64,000 nucleotides of DNA from Gallionella sp. (GTDB lineage: Bacteria; Pseudomonadota; Gammaproteobacteria; Burkholderiales; Gallionellaceae): the NCBI GenBank assembly GCA_013044075.1, contig JABEVG010000005.1:479-64478 (forward strand). The letters run 5' to 3'. The translations under genes were made by a program, and so were the position numbers. Under the pieces are notes generated by a model. That model was not told the origin of the DNA. It saw only the letters and a program-made list of their open reading frames with translations, and searched no databases. Every line of letters begins with the position of its first letter. Position 1 is the first letter of the stretch. Of the stretch, positions 48,177 to 56,237 are shown one piece after another.

Positions 48177-49430
48177 ATGCAACTCTATGCTTTTGGCTTA
48201 AATCACCAAACTGCACCGCTGGCTGTGCGGGAGCAAGTCGCGTTCAATGTGGACGGGATGGAGAGCGCGCTGCGTGATCTGGTCGAGAACGGCGCGGCCA
48301 AAGAGGCGGCGATATTGTCCACCTGCAACCGCATGGAGCTGTATTGCAACGCGTCGCAACCGGATCATGCGATCGACTGGTTGGCGCGATACCACAATCT
48401 GCCCCGCAAAGACCTCGAGCCCTATTTGTACACACTGCCCCGCGAACTCGCGGTCAAGCATTCCTTCCGCGTGGCGAGTGGCTTGGATTCCATGGTGTTG
48501 GGCGAGCCGCAGATTCTGGGGCAGATGAAGCAGGCCGTGCGCCAGGCGGAAGAGGCCGGCACGCTGGGATTCTTGCTGCATAAATTGTTTCAGCGCACCT
48601 TCTCGGTGGCGAAAGACGTGCGCACCCAGACCGAGATCGGCGCGAACCTGGTATCGATGGCGGCAGCAGCGGTACGGCTGGCTGAGCGCATCTTCCCCAG
48701 CATCAGCGAACAGCGCGTATTGTTCATCGGTGCGGGCGAGATGATAGAACTCAACGCGGTGCATTTTGCCGCGCGCAATCCCAAACACATCACCGTCGCC
48801 AATCGCACCCTGGATCGCGCGCAGACGCTGGCACGACGCATCAACGGCCACGCCATCACACTGGCGGAATTGCCCGAGCAATTGGCGCATCACGACATCA
48901 TCGTCACCTGCACCGCGAGCCAGCTGCCTATTCTGGGCAAGGGGATGGTCGAGCGCGCACTCAAGGCGCGCAAACACAAGCCTCTTTTTATCGTCGATCT
49001 GGCCGTGCCGCGCGATGTGGAAGCCGAGGTCGCCGAGTTGAGCGATGTGTTCTTGTACAGCGTCGATGACATTGCCGAAGTGGTGAAAGACGGGCTGGAC
49101 GCGCGCCAAAGTGCAGTCAAGGAAGCAGAGGTCATCATCGCTTCGGGCGTGTCAGACTTCCTGCACTGGATGGAATCGCGCGAGGTCGTACCAACCATAC
49201 GCGCCTTGCGCGACCATGCCGAACGCAGCCGCCGCCATGAAGTTGAAAAGGCACTGCGCCTGTTGGCCAAGGGCGAGTCACCCGAGAAGGTTTTGGAGGC
49301 CATGAGCAGCGGTCTGACCAATAAATTCCTGCACGCACCCACGCACGCGCTCAACCAGGTACACGGGGGTGAGCGCGAGAACTTCCTCGAAGTCGTTCAT
49401 CGCCTCTATCATCTTCATTCTGACGAATAG
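48177..49430 (+). CDS. hemA: Glutamyl-tRNA reductase
   Basis: [23 protein letters not shown]...[11 protein letters not shown]...GAGEMIEL. Confidence 0.95.
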   Translation: MQLYAFGLNHQTAPLAVREQVAFNVDGMESALRDLVENGAAKEAAILSTCNRMELYCNASQPDHAIDWLARYHNLPRKDLEPYLYTLPRELAVKHSFRVASGLDSMVLGEPQILGQMKQAVRQAEEAGTLGFLLHKLFQRTFSVAKDVRTQTEIGANLVSMAAAAVRLAERIFPSISEQRVLFIGAGEMIELNAVHFAARNPKHITVANRTLDRAQTLARRINGHAITLAELPEQLAHHDIIVTCTASQLPILGKGMVERALKARKHKPLFIVDLAVPRDVEAEVAELSDVFLYSVDDIAEVVKDGLDARQSAVKEAEVIIASGVSDFLHWMESREVVPTIRALRDHAERSRRHEVEKALRLLAKGESPEKVLEAMSSGLTNKFLHAPTHALNQVHGGERENFLEVVHRLYHLHSDE

Positions 49431-49437
49431 CAATAGC

Positions 49438-49582
49438 GGCAAACCTCTAAAAAGTCATTTTTTGGGATGAAGCGCAAGGAGCCGCGCAGCGAATGACGCG
49501 GACATATCAAATGGATAGGCTAGGAATGAGTGAGCACGCGACACCGCGATTCGCCAAAAAAATGATTTTTTAGAGGTTTGCC
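49438..49582. repeat. 145-nt element bounded by 26-nt terminal inverted repeats (MITE-like or structured leader) between hemA and prfA
   Basis: Left arm GGCAAACCTCTAAAAAGTCATTTTTT (49438-49463). Right arm AAAAAAATGATTTTTTAGAGGTTTGCC (49556-49582). As RNA the pairing is perfect apart from one G-U. The right arm contains the only SD-like sequence (AGAGG, 49572-49576) for the prfA ATG at 49584. Confidence 0.75.
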
Positions 49583-49583
49583 A

Positions 49584-50669
49584 ATGAATCCTAGTATCGC
49601 CGCCAAACTTGCCCAGCTGGGCGAGCGTCTGCTCGAAGTCAACGAGCTGCTCAGCACTGAGCAGGCCACCAAAAATATGGATGCGTTCCGCAAATTGAAT
49701 CGTGAACGCGCCGAACTCGAGCCCGTGGTGGCGTTGTACCACGCCTATCAAGCCACCTTGTCCGACATCGCAACCGCGCAGGAGATGGCGGCCGATCCCG
49801 AAATGCGCGAGTTCGCCGATGCCGAGATCAAACAGGGCAACGAGCGGCTTGTGAAGCTCGGCAGCGAGTTGCAAGTGCAGCTGCTGCCCAAAGACCCCAA
49901 CGATGAACGCAGCGTGTTTCTGGAAGTGCGCGCCGGTACGGGCGGCGATGAGGCTGCGATATTCGCGGGCGACCTGTTCCGCATGTATTCGCGTTTCGCC
50001 GAACGCCGCCGTTGGCAGGTCGAAATCATTTCGGAGAGTCCGGGCGAGATGGGCGGCTACAAAGAAATCATCGCGCGCATCGTCGGTCAGGGTGCTTACT
50101 CGGTGTTGAAATTCGAGTCGGGAGCACATCGCGTGCAGCGCGTGCCCGCCACCGAGACGCAGGGGCGCGTGCACACCTCGGCCTGTACCGTTGCGGTCAT
50201 GCCTGAAGTCGATGACGTGGATGAAGTGGTACTCAATTCTGCGGATTTACGCATCGACACCTTCCGCGCCAGCGGTGCGGGCGGTCAGCACATCAACAAG
50301 ACCGACTCGGCGGTGCGTATCACGCACATCCCCACCGGCGTGGTGGTGGAATGCCAGGATGGTCGTTCGCAACACCAGAACAAGGCACAGGCGATGCGCG
50401 TGCTCGCGGCGCGCATTATGGATGCACAGGTGCGCGAGCAGAACGCCAAGATCGCCGCGACGCGCAAGAGTCTGGTCGGTAGCGGCGACCGCTCCGAACG
50501 CATCCGCACCTACAACTACCCGCAGGGTCGCGTCACCGATCACCGCATCAATCTGACCTTGTACAAAATGGATGCCATTATGGACGGCGACATCAGCGAA
50601 TTGAGCAGCGCGCTGATGTCCGAACATCAGGCCGAGCAACTTGCCGCGATGGCAGAAGATGTTGTCTAG
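49584..50669 (+). CDS. prfA: Peptide chain release factor 1
   Basis: [19 protein letters not shown]..., PxT-type RF1 body, GGQ motif [19 protein letters not shown]. The ORF-track start at 49578 is a TTG. Confidence 0.95.
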   Translation: MNPSIAAKLAQLGERLLEVNELLSTEQATKNMDAFRKLNRERAELEPVVALYHAYQATLSDIATAQEMAADPEMREFADAEIKQGNERLVKLGSELQVQLLPKDPNDERSVFLEVRAGTGGDEAAIFAGDLFRMYSRFAERRRWQVEIISESPGEMGGYKEIIARIVGQGAYSVLKFESGAHRVQRVPATETQGRVHTSACTVAVMPEVDDVDEVVLNSADLRIDTFRASGAGGQHINKTDSAVRITHIPTGVVVECQDGRSQHQNKAQAMRVLAARIMDAQVREQNAKIAATRKSLVGSGDRSERIRTYNYPQGRVTDHRINLTLYKMDAIMDGDISELSSALMSEHQAEQLAAMAEDVV

Positions 50670-50707
50670 GCCGGTGTTTTAACCCGACGACACCTCGTCT
50701 CCCGCGC

Positions 50708-51559
50708 ATGAATCTGACCGTCCAACAGCACATTGCTGATGATAGTGCCGCTTTGCAAGTCGCACTGAATCTTGAAACAAGCACCGCACGCATCGAAGTG
50801 CAATGTTTGTTGCAAGCCGTACTGCAAGTAAATCGCGCTTATCTGTTTACTCACCCGGAACGTATCTTGAACGATGCCGAATCGTCGCGCTATCACGCGC
50901 TGTTTGAGCGGCGTTTGAGCGGCGAACCCATTGCGTATCTGCTCGGTGAACGCGAATTTTTTGGCTTGAATTTCAAGGTCACGCATGCCACGCTGATCCC
51001 TCGCCCCGATACCGAGCTGCTGGTCGAACAAGCGTTGCAGCGCATTCCGCACCGGGGTAGTTGCCGTGTACTGGACATGGGTACGGGTGGCGGCGCGATT
51101 GCCTTGAGCATCGCCCATGCGCGCGCGGATGCGGACGTGGTTGCGATCGATACCTCGGAAGCCGCACTGCAAGTGGCGCGTGCCAATCAGACCGTACTGA
51201 ATCTCGGTAACGTGAATTTTTTACTCAGTGACTGGTTCAGCGCGCTGGAACAACAGCGTTTCGATGTGATCGTTTCCAATCCTCCCTATATCGCATCTGG
51301 CGATGTCCACCTGTCACAGGGCGATGTGCGCTTCGAACCTGTCCGGGCGTTGGCCTCCGGTGCGGATGGATTGGATGACATTCGCCGCATCAGCGCGCAA
51401 TCCATGCGGCATCTGCATGCGTGCGGATGGCTGCTGTTCGAGCATGGCTACGACCAAGCCGAGCAAGTGCGCGAAATATTGCGGCAGACTGGTTTTCAGC
51501 AGGTTTTTTCGGCGCGCGATTTATCAGGTATTGAACGCGTGACCGGCGGTTGTGCTTGA
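50708..51559 (+). CDS. prmC: Release-factor glutamine N5-methyltransferase
   Basis: VLDMGTGGGAIAL, VSNPPYI (NPPY), directly downstream of prfA. Confidence 0.9.
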   Translation: MNLTVQQHIADDSAALQVALNLETSTARIEVQCLLQAVLQVNRAYLFTHPERILNDAESSRYHALFERRLSGEPIAYLLGEREFFGLNFKVTHATLIPRPDTELLVEQALQRIPHRGSCRVLDMGTGGGAIALSIAHARADADVVAIDTSEAALQVARANQTVLNLGNVNFLLSDWFSALEQQRFDVIVSNPPYIASGDVHLSQGDVRFEPVRALASGADGLDDIRRISAQSMRHLHACGWLLFEHGYDQAEQVREILRQTGFQQVFSARDLSGIERVTGGCA

Positions 51560-51613
51560 CGCACCGATTCATACCTCACTACAATTCCCGACCATTTAAT
51601 TCAGGTAATCATC

Positions 51614-51934
51614 ATGACGACAGACATTCAAAAACGCATCCACGATCAGGTGACCACCCATCCCGTGGTGCTCTATATGAAGGGCAATCCCAGGTTCCCA
51701 CAATGCGGTTTTTCCGCGAACGCAATCCGTATCCTGAACGCGCTGGGCGTGAAAGAACTTTACACCGTCGATGTGCTGCAAGACGAGGACATCCGCCAGG
51801 GCATCAAGGATTACGCCAATTGGCCGACCATTCCCCAGTTGTACATCAGGGGTGAATTCGTCGGCGGTTCGGACATCATGACCGAGATGTATCAAAGCGG
51901 TGAATTGAAGACCCTGCTGACGAACCAGGCATGA
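51614..51934 (+). CDS. grxD: Monothiol glutaredoxin (Grx4/GrxD)
   Basis: 106 aa. VVLYMKGNPRFPQCGFS active site, WPTIPQLYI. Confidence 0.95.
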   Translation: MTTDIQKRIHDQVTTHPVVLYMKGNPRFPQCGFSANAIRILNALGVKELYTVDVLQDEDIRQGIKDYANWPTIPQLYIRGEFVGGSDIMTEMYQSGELKTLLTNQA

Positions 51935-51989
51935 ATATCTAGGCATTCATGCCTATAGGCTTTGTGGCAGACAGTTGCTATAGTCCGCC

Positions 51990-52073
51990 GCGAGTGCTGA
52001 AGTGCAGGGTTGGGAACGACTCTTGTTCATACTCTCCTCCTATTGGGCGATCGCTAAGGTCGCCCGTTTTTTT
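51990..52073 (+). ncRNA. Candidate small RNA (about 85 nt), unnamed
   Basis: Extended -10 promoter TGcTATAGT (51976-51984) with a weak -35, TAGGCT, 17 nt upstream. The transcript would contain the CU-rich stretch CUCUCCUCCU (52032-52041) and end in the intrinsic terminator GGGCGATC-gctaa-GGTCGCCC-G-TTTTTTT (52045-52073). No ORF. The terminator could alternatively just terminate grxD. Confidence 0.3.
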
Positions 52074-52153
52074 GCCTATGATTTGTTTCATGAGTGCAGC
52101 TCACCGGAACAAACTGGACACGGGATTGCATGGGATGAAAAATGTATAGCACC

Positions 52154-52171
52154 GTGTCACACGGTTGTCAT
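52154..52171 (+). promoter_or_regulatory. Pho box (PhoB operator) upstream of phoB
   Basis: GTGTCAC-acgg-TTGTCAT against the consensus CTGTCAT-N4-CTGTCAT, followed by a -10-like TAATAT at 52179-52184. Confidence 0.55.
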
Positions 52172-52218
52172 AATTTCTTAATATGCTGGCAACTTCGAGT
52201 CGCAATCTGGGAGTGATC

Positions 52219-52905
52219 GTGCAAGCAAAAATTTTGATCGTGGAAGATGAACCGGCCATTGCCGAGCTGCTGGCCTTTAATGTCATGCAAGCGGGCTTTA
52301 TCGCCTTGCGCGCGGAAGACGCGCCTAGCGCATGGCAACAGATACGCGATCACTCACCGGACCTGATTCTGCTCGACTGGATGCTGCCGGAGACCAGCGG
52401 TGTGGTCATCGCCAAGCAATTGCGTGCCGATGCGCGCACCTGCGACATTCCCATCATCATGCTCACCGCGCGCGGCGATGAACGCGACAAGATCCTGGGA
52501 CTGGAATCGGGCGCGGACGATTACATCACCAAGCCGTTTTCACCCCGCGAACTGATGGCACGCATCCGCGCCGTGCTGCGCCGCCACATTCCCATCATGC
52601 CGGATGAGAACGTCAGTGCCGGCGGCCTTGAACTGTCCCCCGTCACGCATCGTGTAACCGCCAAAGGTCACAGCATCGAACTGGGTCCGACCGAGTTCCG
52701 CCTGTTACAATTCTTCATGACACACACCGAGCGGGTATACAGCCGCACACAATTGCTCGATCAGGTGTGGGGCACACAGGTGTTCGTCGAGGAGCGTACG
52801 GTGGATGTGCATATCCGTCGCTTGCGCGCCGCACTGGAACCGGCCGGAATGGATAATCTGATACAGACCGTACGCGGAAGCGGCTACCGTTTTTCAACCA
52901 CTTAA
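52219..52905 (+). CDS. phoB: Phosphate regulon response regulator PhoB
   Basis: GTG at 52219 lies 5 nt after GGGAG; the ORF-track ATG at 52183 sits inside the predicted -10. [17 protein letters not shown]...[11 protein letters not shown]...LTARGDE... and a winged-helix C-terminus TVRGSGYRF. Confidence 0.9.
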   Translation: MQAKILIVEDEPAIAELLAFNVMQAGFIALRAEDAPSAWQQIRDHSPDLILLDWMLPETSGVVIAKQLRADARTCDIPIIMLTARGDERDKILGLESGADDYITKPFSPRELMARIRAVLRRHIPIMPDENVSAGGLELSPVTHRVTAKGHSIELGPTEFRLLQFFMTHTERVYSRTQLLDQVWGTQVFVEERTVDVHIRRLRAALEPAGMDNLIQTVRGSGYRFSTT

Positions 52906-52917
52906 CAAAGGAACCCC

Positions 52918-54213
52918 GTGCTCGATTATTGGTTCAGGGCCAGCTTGCCGGTGATCTCCAGCACGCTGGTGGCGTTGCTCATCTGGGCCATCTTCTCGGT
53001 TATTCCTGCCCTGCTGTTCATGCTCGCGGTGTTGCTGTTTTTGATGGCGCGCCATGCCTGGCAGTTATTCAAACTCAGTCGCTGGCTGGCCAGGCCGGAT
53101 CTGCAGACCATCCCCGCTGCCAGCGGCATCTGGGACGAGGCGTTTTCACTGCTATACAAAATGGTCAAACGCCACCAGCAGACCAAGCTCGATCTGGCCG
53201 CAGAGCTGCAGCACATCGAGCTGGCGACTTCGGCGATGCCAGATGGCGTGGCGATCCTCAATGCGGTGAACCGCATCGAATGGTGCAACCCGCTCGCGGA
53301 GCATCACTTCGGGCTGAACGCGCAACGCGACATCATGCAGGACATCACTTATCTGGTGCGCCAGCCGGTGTTCATCGAATATCTGCACGAGGCCAATTTC
53401 AGCGAGCCGCTGGTGATGACCCCGGCACGCCACGACGATTTACGCCTGTCGATCAAGATCATCAATTACGGTGACAACAAAAAACTACTGATCAGTCGCG
53501 ACATCACGCAGCTGGAACGCATCGAGACCATGCGCCGTGATTTTGTCGCCAATGTGTCGCACGAACTGCGCACACCACTCACCGTGGTCAACGGCTTCGT
53601 CGAGAATCTGCAAGACATGGACGATCTGAGCCACGCACAGATCAGTCGCGCGCTGTTTCTGATGGCCGAACAAACCCGGCGTATGGATAATCTGGTGGCT
53701 GATCTGCTGACGTTGTCGCGCCTGGAAAACGACCACACTCCGGTACGCGAGGAAGTGGTGGACATACCCGCACTCCTCCGCACCATCTATCAGGACGGAC
53801 TGTCGCTCAGCGCGGACAAACACACCATCCATCTGGAAATCGCCAGCGAGAAAAACCTGTCCGGCAATTACGACGATCTACGCAGCGCGTTCGGCAACCT
53901 GCTCAGCAACGCGATACGCTACACCCCGGCTGGCGGCGAGATACTGGTACGCTGGGGGGAACGCGACGGACAGCCGGTATTCTCGGTACAGGACAGCGGA
54001 ATCGGTATCGCGCAACACCATATCCCGCGGTTGACCGAGCGTTTTTACCGGGTGGACCGCAGCCGCTCGCGCGAGACCGGTGGCACGGGATTGGGGTTGG
54101 CTATCGTCAAACACATCGCGCTGCGGCACCAGGCAAAACTGGAAATACTCAGCAGCGAAAACAAGGGCAGCACGTTCTCCATCGTCTTTCCGCCCAAGCG
54201 CGCGGCAAACTAA
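52918..54213 (+). CDS. phoR: Phosphate regulon sensor histidine kinase PhoR
   Basis: Two N-terminal TM segments, PAS region, H-box FVANVSHELRTPLT, N-box LLSNAIRYTP, G-boxes DSGIGI and GGTGLGLAIVKH. Confidence 0.9.
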   Translation: MLDYWFRASLPVISSTLVALLIWAIFSVIPALLFMLAVLLFLMARHAWQLFKLSRWLARPDLQTIPAASGIWDEAFSLLYKMVKRHQQTKLDLAAELQHIELATSAMPDGVAILNAVNRIEWCNPLAEHHFGLNAQRDIMQDITYLVRQPVFIEYLHEANFSEPLVMTPARHDDLRLSIKIINYGDNKKLLISRDITQLERIETMRRDFVANVSHELRTPLTVVNGFVENLQDMDDLSHAQISRALFLMAEQTRRMDNLVADLLTLSRLENDHTPVREEVVDIPALLRTIYQDGLSLSADKHTIHLEIASEKNLSGNYDDLRSAFGNLLSNAIRYTPAGGEILVRWGERDGQPVFSVQDSGIGIAQHHIPRLTERFYRVDRSRSRETGGTGLGLAIVKHIALRHQAKLEILSSENKGSTFSIVFPPKRAAN

Positions 54214-55820
54214 GCAACCGCTCCGGTCAACACGAAGCTGATACGTTCGTAATCGAACCCGCGCGTCACGCTGATACCCATCTTCACGCTTTGCTTTTCG
54301 CCCGTCGCGCGCACGATTTGCAACACCCCCCCCGCGCTAAACATCTGCCGTGGAATGATAAGACTGGCAGGCGTGCGCAGCGTCACGGCCTCCGGCAGTA
54401 AAAAACCGACTTGGACCGTGCCGACACGGGCGATGATTTGCACCGGTTCGGGCAGGCCGGGAAGATAGCTCACACCAAGCTGCAACAAGCCCTGTGCCGA
54501 TACGTGCAACCACGCTACCGCGCCCAATTTGAACGGCTGGCTCTCATCACGCCGCACCGCGACCAGCTGATGCAGATTCAATCTTCCCTGCGCAGAACGC
54601 TGACGGGTCAGCTTGGCTCCCAGCACGCTTTCATCATCCACCACCCATCCCTCTTGCGGTGTGGCGGATTGCGGTGCAGATGCAGCCGGTTCGGCGGACA
54701 GGACGCGGCCGAATGTTTCCATCTGCTTGCGCATCAGGTTGTCCATCACGTGTTTGTGCGGCATCACGCTCTTGCCGTTGAGATGAGCGAATATCATGTC
54801 CGGCGTATAACAGAATTGCACCGGCACACCGATTTGCTGACGCTCCAATATCCGCAACTGGTAATCCTCGCACCAACACTGGTGCAAGAATGTCAGCAGT
54901 TCTATCGCCGCCGTCTTGCCGGGCAACTCGCCCAAGCCGACCTGTTCCAGGCTCGCACCCTGTTGCAGCAGGATGATCTTGACGCGCAATAACTTGCTTA
55001 ATGGCACCATCTCCAGATAGCGCATCTGCGCACCGGGACGGCATACTTCAACGGGCTGCAGCCCTTGGGTGCCGGACAAATCTACCGCCACCGGCTGCGC
55101 ATCCCCTTTGCTAAGACTGTAGTGTTTGTCCACGCGCACTTCTCTCGCCCATGTCGCCAGCCAGCGCCCCAACAGCTTCAATTGAGTGCGGCTCAGTTCG
55201 GACGGATGCGCGTAACACGCCAGCAGCACCTCCACATATCGGCTGCGGCAAGTATCCGGCGCGGCATGAATGCTCAGCGCATCATCCACGTCTACGTCCT
55301 GGAATCCCTGTGTCTCGGCAAACGCATACAATTCATGCAACTGATGCCATAGCTTGGGATTACATTCGTAGCCCGAGCGCAGGTGTTCGAAGATGCCCGA
55401 GCCGCTGTATCGCAAACAACGCTGACACAACATCGCACCCATGTCCGCCAGCTTTTTATCGCCCGCCAGATGCGCCTGCAAACAACGCTGGTAGCCTGTC
55501 ACCATCGCCTGCCATAGTTGGGTAATCGCCAGGAAGATCATCAGCTCGTGCTCGCCCAAAGGCAGTGCTTTGGCGATCAGTTTCTTGGCCATCTCCTCCT
55601 GAATATGATCCACGGTCTCGCGCAACACTTCCAACGTATGGAAACGCTCCAGACCCTGCATGGGATAAAGATTGAATTCGTTCAACTGGACGAGCAGCTG
55701 ACTATGTGCCCATTGCAGATTGGTGAGCTGGAACTGCGCCAACCAGGCGGCACAACCAGCCTGATCCTTGAATACCGGATCGGCTCTGTCATCGGTCGGT
55801 TCCAGAGGCAGCGTCAGCAT
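54210..55820 (-). CDS. Conserved hypothetical protein with a degenerate PilZ-like C-terminal beta-barrel region
   Basis: 536 aa from the ATG at 55820 (MLTLPLEPTDDRADPVFKDQAGCAAWLAQF...). The C-terminal part contains WVVDDESVLGAKL (D-x-S-x-x-G) and GAVAWLHVSAQGLLQLGVSYL, but I see no upstream RxxxR. The start overlaps the HIT gene stop (ATGCTGA). Confidence 0.5.
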   Translation of the reverse strand: MLTLPLEPTDDRADPVFKDQAGCAAWLAQFQLTNLQWAHSQLLVQLNEFNLYPMQGLERFHTLEVLRETVDHIQEEMAKKLIAKALPLGEHELMIFLAITQLWQAMVTGYQRCLQAHLAGDKKLADMGAMLCQRCLRYSGSGIFEHLRSGYECNPKLWHQLHELYAFAETQGFQDVDVDDALSIHAAPDTCRSRYVEVLLACYAHPSELSRTQLKLLGRWLATWAREVRVDKHYSLSKGDAQPVAVDLSGTQGLQPVEVCRPGAQMRYLEMVPLSKLLRVKIILLQQGASLEQVGLGELPGKTAAIELLTFLHQCWCEDYQLRILERQQIGVPVQFCYTPDMIFAHLNGKSVMPHKHVMDNLMRKQMETFGRVLSAEPAASAPQSATPQEGWVVDDESVLGAKLTRQRSAQGRLNLHQLVAVRRDESQPFKLGAVAWLHVSAQGLLQLGVSYLPGLPEPVQIIARVGTVQVGFLLPEAVTLRTPASLIIPRQMFSAGGVLQIVRATGEKQSVKMGISVTRGFDYERISFVLTGAVA

Positions 55821-56233
55821 GGCAATTTTTCTAAGCAAGCACGGAGGCCGCCGGCGACGGCGGCGCGCCAATCGGGTGGCGCACCGCCGGATGAGGCACG
55901 CTGCGCCACGCCCCAGATGGGCTGCGGAAAATGTTTGTCGTGAACATAGCGCGGGATGATATGCCAGTGCAGGTGCGGTGTCATATTTCCCAGGCTGGCG
56001 AGATTGATCTTGTCCGGTTGCATCACCGCGCGCAGCACCTGCTCCACCTTGCACACCGTCATCATCATCGCGCTACGCTGCGATATATCGAGATCGGTCA
56101 TCTCGGCCACATGCGCGTTGCAGATCACCCGGCAAAAGCCCGGATAGTCTGCATCCTCGACCAGTACCACACGCAGAAAATCATTCCGAAAAACGACCTC
56201 GCCCCCATCGTGCATGCACAGTTCACAGCTCAT
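55814..56233 (-). CDS. HIT-family nucleotide hydrolase/transferase
   Basis: 139 aa from the ATG at 56233. Histidine triad HLHWHIIPR. N-terminal CELC. The ORF-track N-terminal extension is rejected. Confidence 0.85.
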   Translation of the reverse strand: MSCELCMHDGGEVVFRNDFLRVVLVEDADYPGFCRVICNAHVAEMTDLDISQRSAMMMTVCKVEQVLRAVMQPDKINLASLGNMTPHLHWHIIPRYVHDKHFPQPIWGVAQRASSGGAPPDWRAAVAGGLRACLEKLPC

Positions 56234-56237
56234 GGCT

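Noticed and set aside
49584-50669. Programmed +1 frameshift site, as in release factor genes.
   Set aside because: This is prfA (RF1), which is read as one uninterrupted ORF. The autoregulatory frameshift belongs to prfB (RF2), which is not in this window.
51965-51978. Sigma54-like TGGCA...TTGC element upstream of the candidate sRNA and phoB.
   Set aside because: The GG-to-GC spacing is one nucleotide shorter than the -24/-12 consensus (TGGCAC-N5-TTGC). No enhancer-binding-protein gene or UAS is apparent. An extended -10 sigma70 reading fits better.
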